64,000 nt of DNA from positions 343,837 to 407,836 of the forward strand of contig JAWKQX010000006.1 of NCBI GenBank assembly GCA_041389925.1, in the 5' to 3' direction. The notes beneath the pieces are model-generated. The model saw only the letters and a list, made by a program, of their open reading frames with translations. It did not search any database and was not told the DNA's origin. A program made the position numbers and the translations under genes. This stretch comes from Kofleriaceae bacterium (GTDB lineage Bacteria; Myxococcota_A; Polyangia; Haliangiales; Haliangiaceae). Shown here piece by piece: positions 20,027 to 30,343 of the stretch; position 1 is the stretch's first letter; every line of letters starts with the position of its first letter.

Positions 20027-20827
20027 ATGAAGAAATGCCCATTTTGCGCTGAGCAGATCCAGGATGAGGCGATCAAGTGCAGGTTTTGCGGCTCGTTCTT
20101 GACCGACGCGGCCGCGCCCGTCGCTGCGGCGGCCGCGCCCGCCGCCCCGCCGGGGCCCGCCGCCGCGGAGCCTGCGGTCGCGCCCGCGGCGCCCGCGCCC
20201 GCAGCGCCTGCGGCCCCTGCGCCCGCGATGCCCGCCGCCGTCCCGGCGGCCGCGGCCGCGACGCCCGCCGCCGCCGCGCCCGCCAAGGGCGCGCCGTTCG
20301 CGCGAGACGCCCACGAAGGCGACCACGCCGCCACCGTGCGCAAGACGCTGTACGACGGCGCGCCGTCGTGGCGGGTCTACCTGGGCCTGTACACCTACGG
20401 CGTCCTGGGCACCGCGCTGGCGCTCTGGCTGTGCACCTGGATCGGCTGGCAGCGCGTCAGCGGCATGGGCAAGGCGCTGCTGATCCTGGTGCCGCTGGCG
20501 ATCGCCGCGGTCTACTTCGTCGGCCTGGTCCTGTATCGCAGCTCCATCCGCTTCCGCGTCACCACCACGAACATCGAGGTCGAGCACGGCGTGCTCGCCA
20601 AGCGGATCGACGTCGTCGAGCTGTGGCGGTGCCGAGACGTGCGCTTCAAGCAGTCGATCGTCGATCGCCTGCTCGGCATCGCCCACATCGAGGTGTTCTC
20701 CGCGGACGCCACGACGCCGGTGATCGAGATGATCGGCCTGCCCTCGTCGCGCAAGCTCTTCGAGCAGCTCCGCGACAGCATCGAGATCCAGCGGCAGTCG
20801 AAGAACGTCTACGGCGTGGTGAGCTAG
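20027..20827 (+). CDS. Zinc-ribbon plus Ala/Pro-rich linker plus bacterial PH (bPH_2/YdbS-like) domain membrane protein
   Basis: The N-terminus MKKCPFCAEQIQDEAIKCRFCGS is a CxxC...CxxC ribbon. Two TM helices follow, then a C-terminal bPH-like segment. Confidence 0.55.
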   Translation: MKKCPFCAEQIQDEAIKCRFCGSFLTDAAAPVAAAAAPAAPPGPAAAEPAVAPAAPAPAAPAAPAPAMPAAVPAAAAATPAAAAPAKGAPFARDAHEGDHAATVRKTLYDGAPSWRVYLGLYTYGVLGTALALWLCTWIGWQRVSGMGKALLILVPLAIAAVYFVGLVLYRSSIRFRVTTTNIEVEHGVLAKRIDVVELWRCRDVRFKQSIVDRLLGIAHIEVFSADATTPVIEMIGLPSSRKLFEQLRDSIEIQRQSKNVYGVVS

Positions 20828-20960
20828 CCCGAGGTAGACCGGCGCCCGCTCCGCAGCGCGCAACGCTCGTCAGCGCAGAGGTGCGGAGGCGCGGAGGCCA
20901 GGTCGAGGCGCCGCCCGCCAGGGGCCCGGTTCGCCCGGGCGCGCGCTGGCGCTCCTCGGG

Positions 20961-22334
20961 TCACGCCGCGCGCGCCAGCTCGAGGTCGCCCACCGGCGTC
21001 GCGTGCGGCGCGCTCGGCTCGAGCGCCGCCATCTCACCCACCGACTCGCCGTGCTGGCTCAGATCAAGGCCGAGCTCCTCCTGCTCCTGCGTCACCCGCA
21101 GCGGCATCACCAGGTTCACCACCTTGTACAGCGCCCACGCGCCGCCGAACGAGAAGGCCCCGACGATCCCGAACGCCGCCAGGTGCAGGAGGAACGTGTG
21201 GGTCTCGCCGAAGAGCAGCCCGACGTCCTTGGCGAACACCGCCGTGAGCAGCATGCCGACCGCGCCGCCGACGCCGTGGCATGGGAACACGTCCAGGGTG
21301 TCATCGAGGACGGACTTGCTCCGCAGGTGGACCGCCGCGCTGCTCGCGGCGCTCGCGAGCACGCCGATGACCAGGCTGTGCCCGACCGAGACGAAGCCCG
21401 CCGCCGGGGTGATCGCGACGAGCCCCACCACGGCGCCGACGCACGCGCCTACCGCGGAGGGCTTCCTGCCGCGCGCCCAGTCCAGGGTCATCCACGTCAG
21501 CATCGCCGCCGCGGAGGCGGTGTTGGTGGTGGCGAACGCGAGCGTCGCCGTCGCGGACGCCGACAGCGCCGAGCCGGCGTTGAAGCCGAACCACCCGAAC
21601 CACAAGAGCCCGGTGCCGAGGAGCACGAACGGCACGTTCGCGGGCGTGTGCGGGTGGTTGTCGACGTGGGCCTTGCGCCGGCCGAGCACCAGCGCGCCGG
21701 CGAGCGCGGCGAACCCCGCGGACATGTGCACGACGGTGCCGCCGGCGAAGTCGAGCACGCCCCACGCGCGCAGGAAGCCGTCCGGGTGCCACGTCCAGTG
21801 CGCCAGCGGCGCGTAGATGAGCAGGCTGAACAGCACCATGAAGAGCAGGTACGCGCCGAAGCGCACGCGCTCGGCGAACGCGCCCGTGATCAGCGCCGGC
21901 GTGATGATCGCGAACTTGAGCTGGAAGAGGGCGAACAGGAGCAGCGGGATGGTGGGCGCCAGCGCCGCGTCGGTGTCGCCTCCGACGCCCGAGAACAAGA
22001 AGAAGGTCCGCGGATCGCCGACCACGCCGCCGAGGCTGTCGCCGAACGCCAGGGAGAAGCCGAGCACGACCCACAAGAGGCTGATCACCGCCATGGCGAG
22101 GAAGCTCTGCATCAACGTGGAGACCACGTTCTTGGCCCGGACCATGCCGCCATAGAAGAACGACAGCCCCGGCGTCATCAGCAAGACCAGCGCGGTGGCG
22201 GTGAGGAGCCACGCCGTGTCGGCGGCGCTGATGGGGCCACCTGGGCTCGTGCGGCCCTCCTTGGCGAGCAAGCCGAGCGCCCCGAGGAGCAGGAGACCAA
22301 GCGTTCCGAGGATCATTTTTGATCTACCTGTCAT
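20961..22334 (-). CDS. amtB: Ammonium transporter
   Basis: Amt/MEP family with 11 TM helices. Start MTGRSKMILGTLGLLLLGALG, with AGAGG 8 nt upstream. No glnK/PII gene is adjacent. Confidence 0.8.
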   Translation of the reverse strand: MTGRSKMILGTLGLLLLGALGLLAKEGRTSPGGPISAADTAWLLTATALVLLMTPGLSFFYGGMVRAKNVVSTLMQSFLAMAVISLLWVVLGFSLAFGDSLGGVVGDPRTFFLFSGVGGDTDAALAPTIPLLLFALFQLKFAIITPALITGAFAERVRFGAYLLFMVLFSLLIYAPLAHWTWHPDGFLRAWGVLDFAGGTVVHMSAGFAALAGALVLGRRKAHVDNHPHTPANVPFVLLGTGLLWFGWFGFNAGSALSASATATLAFATTNTASAAAMLTWMTLDWARGRKPSAVGACVGAVVGLVAITPAAGFVSVGHSLVIGVLASAASSAAVHLRSKSVLDDTLDVFPCHGVGGAVGMLLTAVFAKDVGLLFGETHTFLLHLAAFGIVGAFSFGGAWALYKVVNLVMPLRVTQEQEELGLDLSQHGESVGEMAALEPSAPHATPVGDLELARAA

Positions 22335-22635
22335 CACATTTGCCTCTATTTTGCGTCCTTTAAATATTAACTCGACGTCAAATAGCATTATCTGGATGCG
22401 GAGAGCCCGTCAAGGACTTTTGCGACGCATCGCGGCACAGGCGATCGGCCGACGGCGCGCGCCGAGCGCGCGCCCGCAGCGGCCGGCTCACCCATCGACC
22501 CAAGACCCAAGAGGTCAGGCTGGCGTGTCCGCCGATCGCGCGATCGCGCGCCCGAGCCCGCAAGCTGGCGCGCCCATGCGCCCGAGCCCGCGGGCCGGCG
22601 CGCGCCCCGTCGGCAACGCCCCGATCGGGCGCGCG

Positions 22636-23844
22636 CTACCGCTGCTTCTTGAGGCGGATGATCTCCTCGGACGCCTTGCCGCGCAGGGGATCGTTCTTGG
22701 CGGCGATGTCCACGACCTTCTGGTACGCCTCGATCGCCGAGCGATAGCGTCGCTGGGCGGCGTAGACCTCACCCAGCTCGTAGTAGTTGAGCGGGTTCTC
22801 GGTGTCCTTGCGGATCGCGGTCGTGAGGATGTTGACCGCCTCGTCGTACTCCTTGCGGTAGGTCAGGAGCTGGCCGAGCTTGGAGGCGGCCTTGGGGTGC
22901 GGAGGGTCGATCTCGATCGACTTGTGATACGCCGCGATCGCCGCGTCGTACTTCTCCTGCACGCGATAGATCTCGCCGAACGCGTACCAGAACGTGGTGT
23001 CGCGGGGCGACAGCTCCACGGCGCGCCCGAGCGCGACCTCGGCCTCGTCCTGCTTGCGCTGCGCGTTCATCAGGAGCCCCAGCTCGAAGTACGCGCGGGC
23101 GTTCTCCGGATCGAGCTCGATCGCGCGATCCAGGAACTGCCGCGACTCGTCCAGCTCGCCCTGATCGCGCAGCGCCATGCCGAGCAGCGCGTTGATCATC
23201 GAGTCATCGGGCGCCTCGTTGAGCGCGGTGCGAAACTGCAGCGCGGCCTCGTCGACGCGGCCGGCCTTCCCCAGCGCCTCCCCGAGGGCGACCAGGTAGA
23301 CCGGGCTCTTGTCCTCGATCTGGGCGGCGCGGCGCAGCTCCTCGATCCCCTCCGGTTGCCGATTGAGCAGGAGCAGGGCCTGGCCGCGCTGCTTGTGGGC
23401 GAGCGCGTTGTTCTCCTCCAGCCCGATGAGCTGATCGGCGATCTCGAGCGCCGCCTTGCCCTTGCCGTTGGCGATCAGCGCCTCGCAGTAGATGTGGTAC
23501 GCGCGCGTCTCGGAGATGTTGTCGTCGTAGAACTCCCGGGCGACCTTCTCGCCCTCCGGGGCGAGGTTGGCGTGGATGAGGAAGTCCACGTGCTCCTCCA
23601 GGATGTCCGCGTCGCCGTTGGTGCGAAACGCCCGGCGGTACTTCTGGTTGGCGGCCTCGATCTCGCCGGCGCGGGCGGCCTCGCGGGCCTCGGCGAGCAG
23701 CGCCTGGGCCGCCTTGTTGTTCGCGGCCTGCTTCTTCTTCTTGGACACCTTGGCTGGCTTCTCGGGACCGCCGCAGCCGCCCAGCGGGGCGAAGGCGATA
23801 GTCGCCGCGAGGACCGTCGACACGCGTGTGCGCCATGACCACAT
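22636..23844 (-). CDS. TPR-repeat lipoprotein
   Basis: Lipobox FAPLGGCG. Multiple canonical 34-aa TPRs (AxxxLGxAyxxxGxxxEAxxxyxxAlxxxP). Confidence 0.7.
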   Translation of the reverse strand: MWSWRTRVSTVLAATIAFAPLGGCGGPEKPAKVSKKKKQAANNKAAQALLAEAREAARAGEIEAANQKYRRAFRTNGDADILEEHVDFLIHANLAPEGEKVAREFYDDNISETRAYHIYCEALIANGKGKAALEIADQLIGLEENNALAHKQRGQALLLLNRQPEGIEELRRAAQIEDKSPVYLVALGEALGKAGRVDEAALQFRTALNEAPDDSMINALLGMALRDQGELDESRQFLDRAIELDPENARAYFELGLLMNAQRKQDEAEVALGRAVELSPRDTTFWYAFGEIYRVQEKYDAAIAAYHKSIEIDPPHPKAASKLGQLLTYRKEYDEAVNILTTAIRKDTENPLNYYELGEVYAAQRRYRSAIEAYQKVVDIAAKNDPLRGKASEEIIRLKKQR

Positions 23845-24117
23845 GTCCGGAGGGTAGCGAAGGCAGCGCAGTCGCGCCACTCCAGGGGGCGCGCGCTTCG
23901 GTCGAGGTCATCGCGACCGCCGCCGCGCGTGCGCAGCGTCGCGCGCGCCACGCGAAGAAATCGTCATGATTATATGTCGTTATGTTGCGAGCGCGGGCCG
24001 TCGGCGCGCGCGCGCGGTGAGGCGCGCCGCGGGGACGCGGGACCGCGCGCGAAGAGATCGTATGCGCTCTGCGGCCCTTGGCAGGGCCAGGTGGCGACGG
24101 TGTATCATGGCGGAGCG

Positions 24118-25071
24118 ATGGCGAAGATTCGGATCGTCGACGATTGGCTGCGGAGCCCAGCGTCGCCGCCGAGCCACTATCGCTCGGTGATGGTGATCGC
24201 CGAGAAGTGGGCAGAGCAGCGCGTGCTCATGCGGTCCTACTCGGAGAGCCGCGATCAGACGCGGCCCACCATCGTGCTCTACGGCGAGGAGCTCGCGATC
24301 GGCCCCGCCGGGCTCGACAGCAACGGCCCGTGGGGCATCCACGTCAGCCAGGGCGCAGAGGGGCGGGCGCAGCAGCTCGCGTCGATGCTCGAGGAGGCGG
24401 CGCGCCGGCTCGCCGGGTCCAAGGGCAGCCCGCCGCGGCTCATCGACGAGTCGCAGACCTTCGACCGCGAGCCCACCGGCAACTGGTCCCCGGGCGCGCC
24501 CGCGCTGCGGCCGGCCGTGAAGCCGGGCAGCCGCGCGCGCCGGGCCACCGACGCGGGCGCCGGCCACATGGCGGCGACGCGCGTCCCCCAGGCCCAGGCC
24601 GCGATGGCGGTGCAGCCGTCCGCCGCCGAGCGCTTCGCCGCGCCTGGCGGTGCTCCCCATGTGATCGGCCACGCGCCCTCGAACCCAGAGCAGCGTCGGA
24701 CCCCGGTGCCCGCGGTGCGGCGAGGAGGCGCGCCGCGCCCCGATCGGACCGCGCTCGGCTACCAGTCCGGCGCGGGCGCGCAGTCAGCGATCATCAGCCT
24801 AGGGCTCGCGCCCGCGGTGGCGGCGCGGATGCGGCACCTCGCGGAGCGCGTGGTGCCGGCGGACTTCGAGGTCAGCGCCCTGGAGCGCCAGGTGCTCAAC
24901 GCGCTCGGCACGCACGGCGTGATGTCGGCGCGCGCGATCGGTCACCTCGCGCATCTCGCGGATCCGGTCACTTGGATGGAGCACCTGATCCGCAAGCTCG
25001 AGGGGCACGGCCTGGAGGTCGTCGAGCCCGGCGAGCCCGACGGCGGCGAGCCAACGTACCGATTGCGCTGA
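24118..25071 (+). CDS. Hypothetical protein
   Basis: Trimmed to MAKIRIVDDW. No motifs I recognise. Confidence 0.4.
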   Translation: MAKIRIVDDWLRSPASPPSHYRSVMVIAEKWAEQRVLMRSYSESRDQTRPTIVLYGEELAIGPAGLDSNGPWGIHVSQGAEGRAQQLASMLEEAARRLAGSKGSPPRLIDESQTFDREPTGNWSPGAPALRPAVKPGSRARRATDAGAGHMAATRVPQAQAAMAVQPSAAERFAAPGGAPHVIGHAPSNPEQRRTPVPAVRRGGAPRPDRTALGYQSGAGAQSAIISLGLAPAVAARMRHLAERVVPADFEVSALERQVLNALGTHGVMSARAIGHLAHLADPVTWMEHLIRKLEGHGLEVVEPGEPDGGEPTYRLR

Positions 25072-25190
25072 TCAAGAAGTTTCGCTTTCTTTTCGCGGCC
25101 CCTCGGGGTCGGCGGAGCTTCCCGTGGTGCTCGGTCTGTGGTAACCAAACCTGCTTTTGTCGTCGCCGAAGCGACGGGCCCGAGGAAAAT

Positions 25191-26561
25191 ATGCAGGTTC
25201 GCATCGAAGACGTTTCCCCCGTTGAGAAGAAGATGTTCGTCGAGGTCCCCTGGGAGACCGTGAGCACCAAGCTCGGGTTGGCCTATCGCGAGCTCGGCAA
25301 GGACGTCGCGCTCAAGGGCTTCCGCAAGGGCAAGGTGCCGCGTCCGGTGCTCGAGCAGGTCTACGGCCCGCGCGTCAACGCGGAGGTGGCCTACCAGCTC
25401 GTCCGCGAGTCCTTCTTCCAGGCCACCGAGACGCACAAGCTCGAGGCGGTCGCGGAGCCGCGCGTCGAGGACGCGGCCCCGATCAAGAAGGGCCAGCCGT
25501 TCGTGTTCTCGGCCATCGTCGAGGTCCGCGGCGTGGTCGATCCCCAGGGGTACGAGGGCCTGGCGATCGAGCGCCGCAAGCTGGTGGTCGCGGAGGACGC
25601 CGTCACCGAGGCCATCGCCGCGTTGCAGCGCGAGCACACCGAGCTCACGCCCATCGTCGGCCGCGACGTGACGGCGGCCGGGGACGTCATCGCGATGAAG
25701 ATCGACGGCACGGTCGGCGAGCACCCGATCAGCCAGCCGCAGTTCGGGCTGGATCTCGATCAGCCGGACGCCGAGCCGCTGCCCGGCCTGTGCGCGCTGC
25801 TCACCGGCGTGCCGCTCACCACCGCGGACAAGGTCCTCGAGATCGACGTCCCGGAGGACTTCAAGGACGAGTCGCTGCGCGGCCGCAAGGCCAACCTCAC
25901 CGTCTCGTTCATCGAGGTGCGCGCCAAGAGCGTCCCGGCGCTCGACGACGAGTTCGCCAAGGACACCGGCAAGGCGGAGACCCTCGAGGGGCTGCGCGCC
26001 GCGGTGCGCAAGGATCTAGAGGAGCGCGAGCAGGCGGTCATCCAGCGCGAGGCCAAGGAGAACGCGCTGCGTGCCCTGGTCAAGATCAACCAGATCCCGG
26101 TGGCGTCCTCGCTGGTCGAGCGCGCCGTGGAGATCCAGTACAACCGCATGCGCCAGATGCTCGGCATGCCGCCGGAGAAGGATCTGGCGGGGCTCCACGA
26201 GGAGCTGCGCGAGAAGCTGCGGCCCGGCGGCGCGGATGAAGTGCGCAGCCAGCTGTTGCTCGACGCCGTCGGCGAGCGCGAGAAGATCGACGTCACCGAC
26301 GCGGAGCTGGACGCCCACATCGCCGAGCAGGCGCGCGCCCGTCAGGTCGCGCCGGCGAAGCTGCGCGCGGAGTGGATGCGCGAGCGTCGCCTGGACAACG
26401 TCCGCTTCTCGCTGCGGCAGGACAAGATCCTCGAGATGCTCGTGTCCAAGGCGAACATCACCGAGGTGGACAAGCTCACCGAGGTGAGCCCGCCGGTGCC
26501 GGACGCGCCGGTGGCCGCGGACGAGCCCGAGCACGTGCACGGCCCTGACTGCAACCACTGA
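25191..26561 (+). CDS. tig: Trigger factor (ribosome-associated PPIase chaperone)
   Basis: MQVRIEDVSPVEKKMFVEVPWETV...GFRKGKVP is the TF N-terminal ribosome-binding signature. RBS GAGGAAAAT precedes ATG 25191. No clpP/clpX follows. Confidence 0.85.
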   Translation: MQVRIEDVSPVEKKMFVEVPWETVSTKLGLAYRELGKDVALKGFRKGKVPRPVLEQVYGPRVNAEVAYQLVRESFFQATETHKLEAVAEPRVEDAAPIKKGQPFVFSAIVEVRGVVDPQGYEGLAIERRKLVVAEDAVTEAIAALQREHTELTPIVGRDVTAAGDVIAMKIDGTVGEHPISQPQFGLDLDQPDAEPLPGLCALLTGVPLTTADKVLEIDVPEDFKDESLRGRKANLTVSFIEVRAKSVPALDDEFAKDTGKAETLEGLRAAVRKDLEEREQAVIQREAKENALRALVKINQIPVASSLVERAVEIQYNRMRQMLGMPPEKDLAGLHEELREKLRPGGADEVRSQLLLDAVGEREKIDVTDAELDAHIAEQARARQVAPAKLRAEWMRERRLDNVRFSLRQDKILEMLVSKANITEVDKLTEVSPPVPDAPVAADEPEHVHGPDCNH

Positions 26562-26604
26562 GCGGCGGCGCGCCGCGCGCGCCCCCTTCGCGGTACCCTG
26601 AGCC

Positions 26605-26859
26605 ATGCCGATCGACGACCTCGCGACCCTCGAGTACAAGCTGCAGAAGCGAGGCTTCCGACGAGACGACGTGTTCCTGCACGTCTGCGAGAAGTGCCAG
26701 GAGCAGGCCGTGCTGACCTACCTCATCGCGGGCAAGGTCGGCGGGCGCGACATCAAGCTCTGCCAGGCCTGCGGGGACGCGCGGTCGTGGCGCAGCGGCG
26801 CCGGCCTCGAGCAGCGCGAGGAGGACCTCGGGTTCGATCTGCGCGCCTTCCTCGGCTGA
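26605..26859 (+). CDS. Small zinc-ribbon (CxxC-N21-CxxC) protein, hypothetical
   Basis: 84 aa with the two pairs CEKC...CQAC. Confidence 0.4.
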   Translation: MPIDDLATLEYKLQKRGFRRDDVFLHVCEKCQEQAVLTYLIAGKVGGRDIKLCQACGDARSWRSGAGLEQREEDLGFDLRAFLG

Positions 26860-26871
26860 CCGAGGCCGAGC

Positions 26872-28404
26872 TCAGCCGCGCTCGTGGTGCAGGCGCTGGC
26901 GCGCGGGCAGGGCGCTCGATCGCTCCGGTCGGGGCGCGGCGGCGAGCTCGCGCTGCGCGGCCGTGATGTACGGCTGGATGCAGACCGGCGCCCGCCTCCC
27001 CGGCGCCAGGAAGTCACGCGCGAGCGCGGCGCCGACCTCGTCGCGCGGCTCGCCGAGCTCTTCGACGAGGAACTGCATCACCAGCTCGGTCAGCCGCGGC
27101 AGCGCCACGCCGCCGAGCGACACGCGCGTCGCGAGGAAGTCGGTGAGCGCGAGCGCCGCGGCGAAGGCGGAGCGCCCACGCCACAAGAGCGGCGCGGCGT
27201 GGACGAAGTTGCCGCGGTTCACCACCAGGTCCCAGACGCGCGCGAACCGCTTGAGCCGCTGCATCTCGGCGAAGCCGATGAGGCGGTTGGCGACGATCTC
27301 GTAGGGGGGATCTTCGCTCCACACCACGCCGAACTCGTCGTCCCAGCGGGTGATCGGCGTGCCGCGCAGCCGCTTGAGCACGCCCACCTGGATCTCGTGG
27401 GGCCCCAACGCGAGCAGCCGATCGAGCCCGGCGCCGAAGGTGGCGGCGTCCTCGCCGGGCAGGCCGATGATCAGATCGGCGTGGACGTGCGCGCCGGTGC
27501 TGCTGGCCAGGAAGCGCAGGTTGTCCTCGAGCGCGGCCACGTCCTGGCGCCGGCTGATGCGCTCGCCGGTGGCGGCGTCGAAGGTCTGGATCCCGACCTC
27601 GAGCTGGATGGCGCCGCGCGGGAAGCGCGCGATGCGCGTGCGCAGGGCCTCCGGGAAGCGATCCGGCACCATCTCGAAGTGGCCGAAGACGCCGAGGTCC
27701 TGGCGCTCCAGCAAGAAGTCGAGCAGCGCGTGGCTGGTCCGGGCGCTGAGGTTGAACGTGCGGTCGACGAACTTGAGCTGGCGGGCCCCGCGCGTCACCA
27801 GGCGATCGAGGTCGGCGAGCAGGCGGTCGAGCGGGAAGCTGCGCACCTTGCGATCGAGGGACGACAGGCAGAACTCGCACGAGAACGGGCACCCGCGCGA
27901 CGCCTCGACGTAGAGGACCCGGTGCGCGAGGTCGTGCTCGGTGTATTCGTCGTACGGGGAGGCCAGCGCGTCCAGGTCGGGCAGGCCGCCGTCGAGCACC
28001 TTGGTGAGGTGCGGGCGGCCGGTGAGCAGCCGCTCCACCAGCGCGGCGAAGGCGAGCTCGCCTTCGCCGGTGATCACGTGGTCGGCCAGGGCGCACAGCG
28101 GCTGGCGGTCCACCTCGTGGCTGACCTCGGGACCGCCGAGGACGACGCGCACCTCCGGGGCGACCTGCTTGAGCAGGCGCACCACCGCGAGCGTCGGGGC
28201 GGCGTTCCAGACGTAGACGCCCAGGCCGATCACCTTGGGCCGCTCGGCGAGCAGGCGCTCGACGACGTCGAGCGGTCGCTCCAGGATCGTGAGCTCGAGG
28301 AGCGCGCACCGCTCGCGCCACGGGCCGAGGTTGGCGCGCAGGCAGCGCAGCCCCAGCGAGGCGTGCTGGTACTTCGCGTTGAGCGTGGCCAGGACGATCT
28401 CCAC
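26872..28404 (-). CDS. B12-binding-domain radical SAM protein with DUF4080-type C-terminus
   Basis: B12-binding N-domain ([16 protein letters not shown]...) and rSAM motif [12 protein letters not shown]. Probable GTG start (VEIV). The ORF-track N-extension is discarded. Confidence 0.65.
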   Translation of the reverse strand: MEIVLATLNAKYQHASLGLRCLRANLGPWRERCALLELTILERPLDVVERLLAERPKVIGLGVYVWNAAPTLAVVRLLKQVAPEVRVVLGGPEVSHEVDRQPLCALADHVITGEGELAFAALVERLLTGRPHLTKVLDGGLPDLDALASPYDEYTEHDLAHRVLYVEASRGCPFSCEFCLSSLDRKVRSFPLDRLLADLDRLVTRGARQLKFVDRTFNLSARTSHALLDFLLERQDLGVFGHFEMVPDRFPEALRTRIARFPRGAIQLEVGIQTFDAATGERISRRQDVAALEDNLRFLASSTGAHVHADLIIGLPGEDAATFGAGLDRLLALGPHEIQVGVLKRLRGTPITRWDDEFGVVWSEDPPYEIVANRLIGFAEMQRLKRFARVWDLVVNRGNFVHAAPLLWRGRSAFAAALALTDFLATRVSLGGVALPRLTELVMQFLVEELGEPRDEVGAALARDFLAPGRRAPVCIQPYITAAQRELAAAPRPERSSALPARQRLHHERG

Positions 28405-28555
28405 GGCGCGGTTATCCCACGTTCGCCGGCGCGCGCGCGGCACCGCGCGCGCGGACCGCTCGGTCCGGGATGTCCGCGCTCCGGCGCCGGCCGCTGGGGC
28501 GTCGGCCCGGTGCGCGCGGCCGCCGCGCGGCGCCCACTTGCGGCACCATGAAGCG

Positions 28556-28897
28556 ATGAACCAAGAGCCTCCGCCGCGCGCGGCCGCCGCCCTTGCTCCG
28601 AGCAAGCTTGACGATGACGAGGTGTCGCGGGCGCTCGCCGCGCTGCCGCGCTGGCGGCTCGTTGGCGGCAAGCTCTTCCGCGAGCTCCAGTTCGCGGACT
28701 TCGTTGAGGCGTTCGGCTTCATGACGTCAGCCGCGCTGGTGGCCGAGCGGATGAGCCACCATCCCGAGTGGAGCAACGTCTATGGCACGGTGCGGGTGTA
28801 CCTCACGACGCACGACGTCGGAGGGCTGACGTCGCTCGACGTCGAGCTCGCGCGCGCCATGGAGCGACTCGCCGCTGGCCACTCCGCAAGCCAGTAG
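28556..28897 (+). CDS. phhB: Pterin-4a-carbinolamine dehydratase (PCD/DCoH)
   Basis: 113 aa with the signature [32 protein letters not shown]. Confidence 0.75.
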   Translation: MNQEPPPRAAAALAPSKLDDDEVSRALAALPRWRLVGGKLFRELQFADFVEAFGFMTSAALVAERMSHHPEWSNVYGTVRVYLTTHDVGGLTSLDVELARAMERLAAGHSASQ

Positions 28898-29213
28898 GCT
28901 TCTGTACGACTCCGGCCGCGCTCCGGACGGCCGGCGCGACCACCGCGCGCGAGGACCGCGCCCCGCGCGGGGGCGAAGCGCGACGCGGTCAGCGGCCAGG
29001 CTCGTCGAGGACGACGCTGGCGCGGGCGCATCGAGCTCGGGCGCGCGGCACCGCGCAGGCACCGCCGGAGCCACGGCTTGTGGGCGTTGGCAGCACCGTT
29101 CTGGCCGCCGTTCGCCCGATCCGCCAGCCTCCTAGCGACCGCCGGCCCGACCACTGCACTTGCCACCTCATCGAGGTCCCATCCCTAACATTTTGATTTT
29201 AAACGATGCCGGT

Positions 29214-29230
29214 CTGGCACATGCGCTGCA
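29214..29230 (+). promoter_or_regulatory. Sigma-54 (-24/-12) promoter candidate TGGCAC-N6-TGCA
   Basis: cTGGCACatgcgcTGCAa lies ~65 bp upstream of ATG 29291. The GG and GC elements have the correct 10-nt spacing. An AT-rich tract (ttttgattttaaacgat) just upstream could bind IHF. Confidence 0.55.
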
Positions 29231-29290
29231 ACTCGACCGCTCGTCCTCGGGGCTCGTCCCCTCGTCGCTTCCTGTCGCCGGAGAAGGTCC

Positions 29291-30343
29291 ATGAACGTCA
29301 CTCAGGTTGGTCTCGCCCTCGCCCTCGCTCTCACTGGCACCGCGGTCGGCTGCGTCTCGGACGCAACCGGAGTGGATCCGGAGTCAGGCGACGGCAGCGA
29401 TTCCAACCCGGGAGAGCCCGCCCCGAAGACCGCGGAGGGCACCTTCACGCTGCACAGCAAGTTCGATCTCGCGACCAACCTGCCCGGACGGGTCGGCACC
29501 GTCGTCAACGTCATCATCTCGGCGACCGACGACAGCAATGATCCGGTGCAGTACATCTATGACCGCGTGGTGGATGGGCTCGCCGACGGCGCCGTCAAGA
29601 CCGCGCTGCGCGGCGCGGGGCCGCTGGTCACCGGCTACCTCAACGATCGGCTGCTCTCGATCGCGCCGGACTTCGCCACCAAGATGCTCTCGCTCAGCGC
29701 GCGCTTCGGGCAGATCGCGAAGAACTTCGGCACGGTGTCCCAGCTTCAGATCACGCGGAGCGGCGCCGGTTACCTCTCGACGCACCTCACCACCGGCGTG
29801 GAGTTCAAGCTCGATGATCAGGGCAACCCGCTGGAGCTGCAGTTCCCGTTCGCGGACTACGGCCTCGGCGACATCCGCGTGGACAACCTGGCGGTCGCGC
29901 TGGAGGACTCGGGCAAGCTGACCATCGACGCCCACGCGATCTCGGTGTCGATGGGCCAGGTGCTGCGCATCGGCGTCGACGACATGATCCTCCCGCTGCT
30001 CGACGATGAGGCGACCAACCTCGGGGAGCTGTTTCACAACCTGGTGGACTGCCACAAGGTCGGGCTGGCGGTCTACGACGCCCTCCGGCTGGGGAGCGCA
30101 GGCGCGTTCGAGGCGGCCTGCACCAAGGGGCTCACCGCCGGCGCGACCTTCATCTACCAGAAGATCGCGGAGATCGATGGCAACGCGCTCGAGCTGAACA
30201 TCTCCGGCGTCGCCAAGGCGATCGACCGCAACCGCGACGGGAAGATGGACGACCTCCAGCGCGGCGCGTGGACCGGCACGGTGACCTACGCGACCTCGCC
30301 GGCGCCGCTCGGCGCTGGGACCTTCACGGGCCGCAGCCAGTAG
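29291..30343 (+). CDS. Lipoprotein of unknown function
   Basis: Signal plus lipobox LTGTAVGC. 350 aa with no motifs I recognise. Candidate sigma-54 promoter upstream. Confidence 0.55.
   Translation: MNVTQVGLALALALTGTAVGCVSDATGVDPESGDGSDSNPGEPAPKTAEGTFTLHSKFDLATNLPGRVGTVVNVIISATDDSNDPVQYIYDRVVDGLADGAVKTALRGAGPLVTGYLNDRLLSIAPDFATKMLSLSARFGQIAKNFGTVSQLQITRSGAGYLSTHLTTGVEFKLDDQGNPLELQFPFADYGLGDIRVDNLAVALEDSGKLTIDAHAISVSMGQVLRIGVDDMILPLLDDEATNLGELFHNLVDCHKVGLAVYDALRLGSAGAFEAACTKGLTAGATFIYQKIAEIDGNALELNISGVAKAIDRNRDGKMDDLQRGAWTGTVTYATSPAPLGAGTFTGRSQ

Noticed and set aside
22195-23838. 547-aa plus-strand ORF
   Set aside because: Antisense to the TPR lipoprotein and the amtB 5' end.
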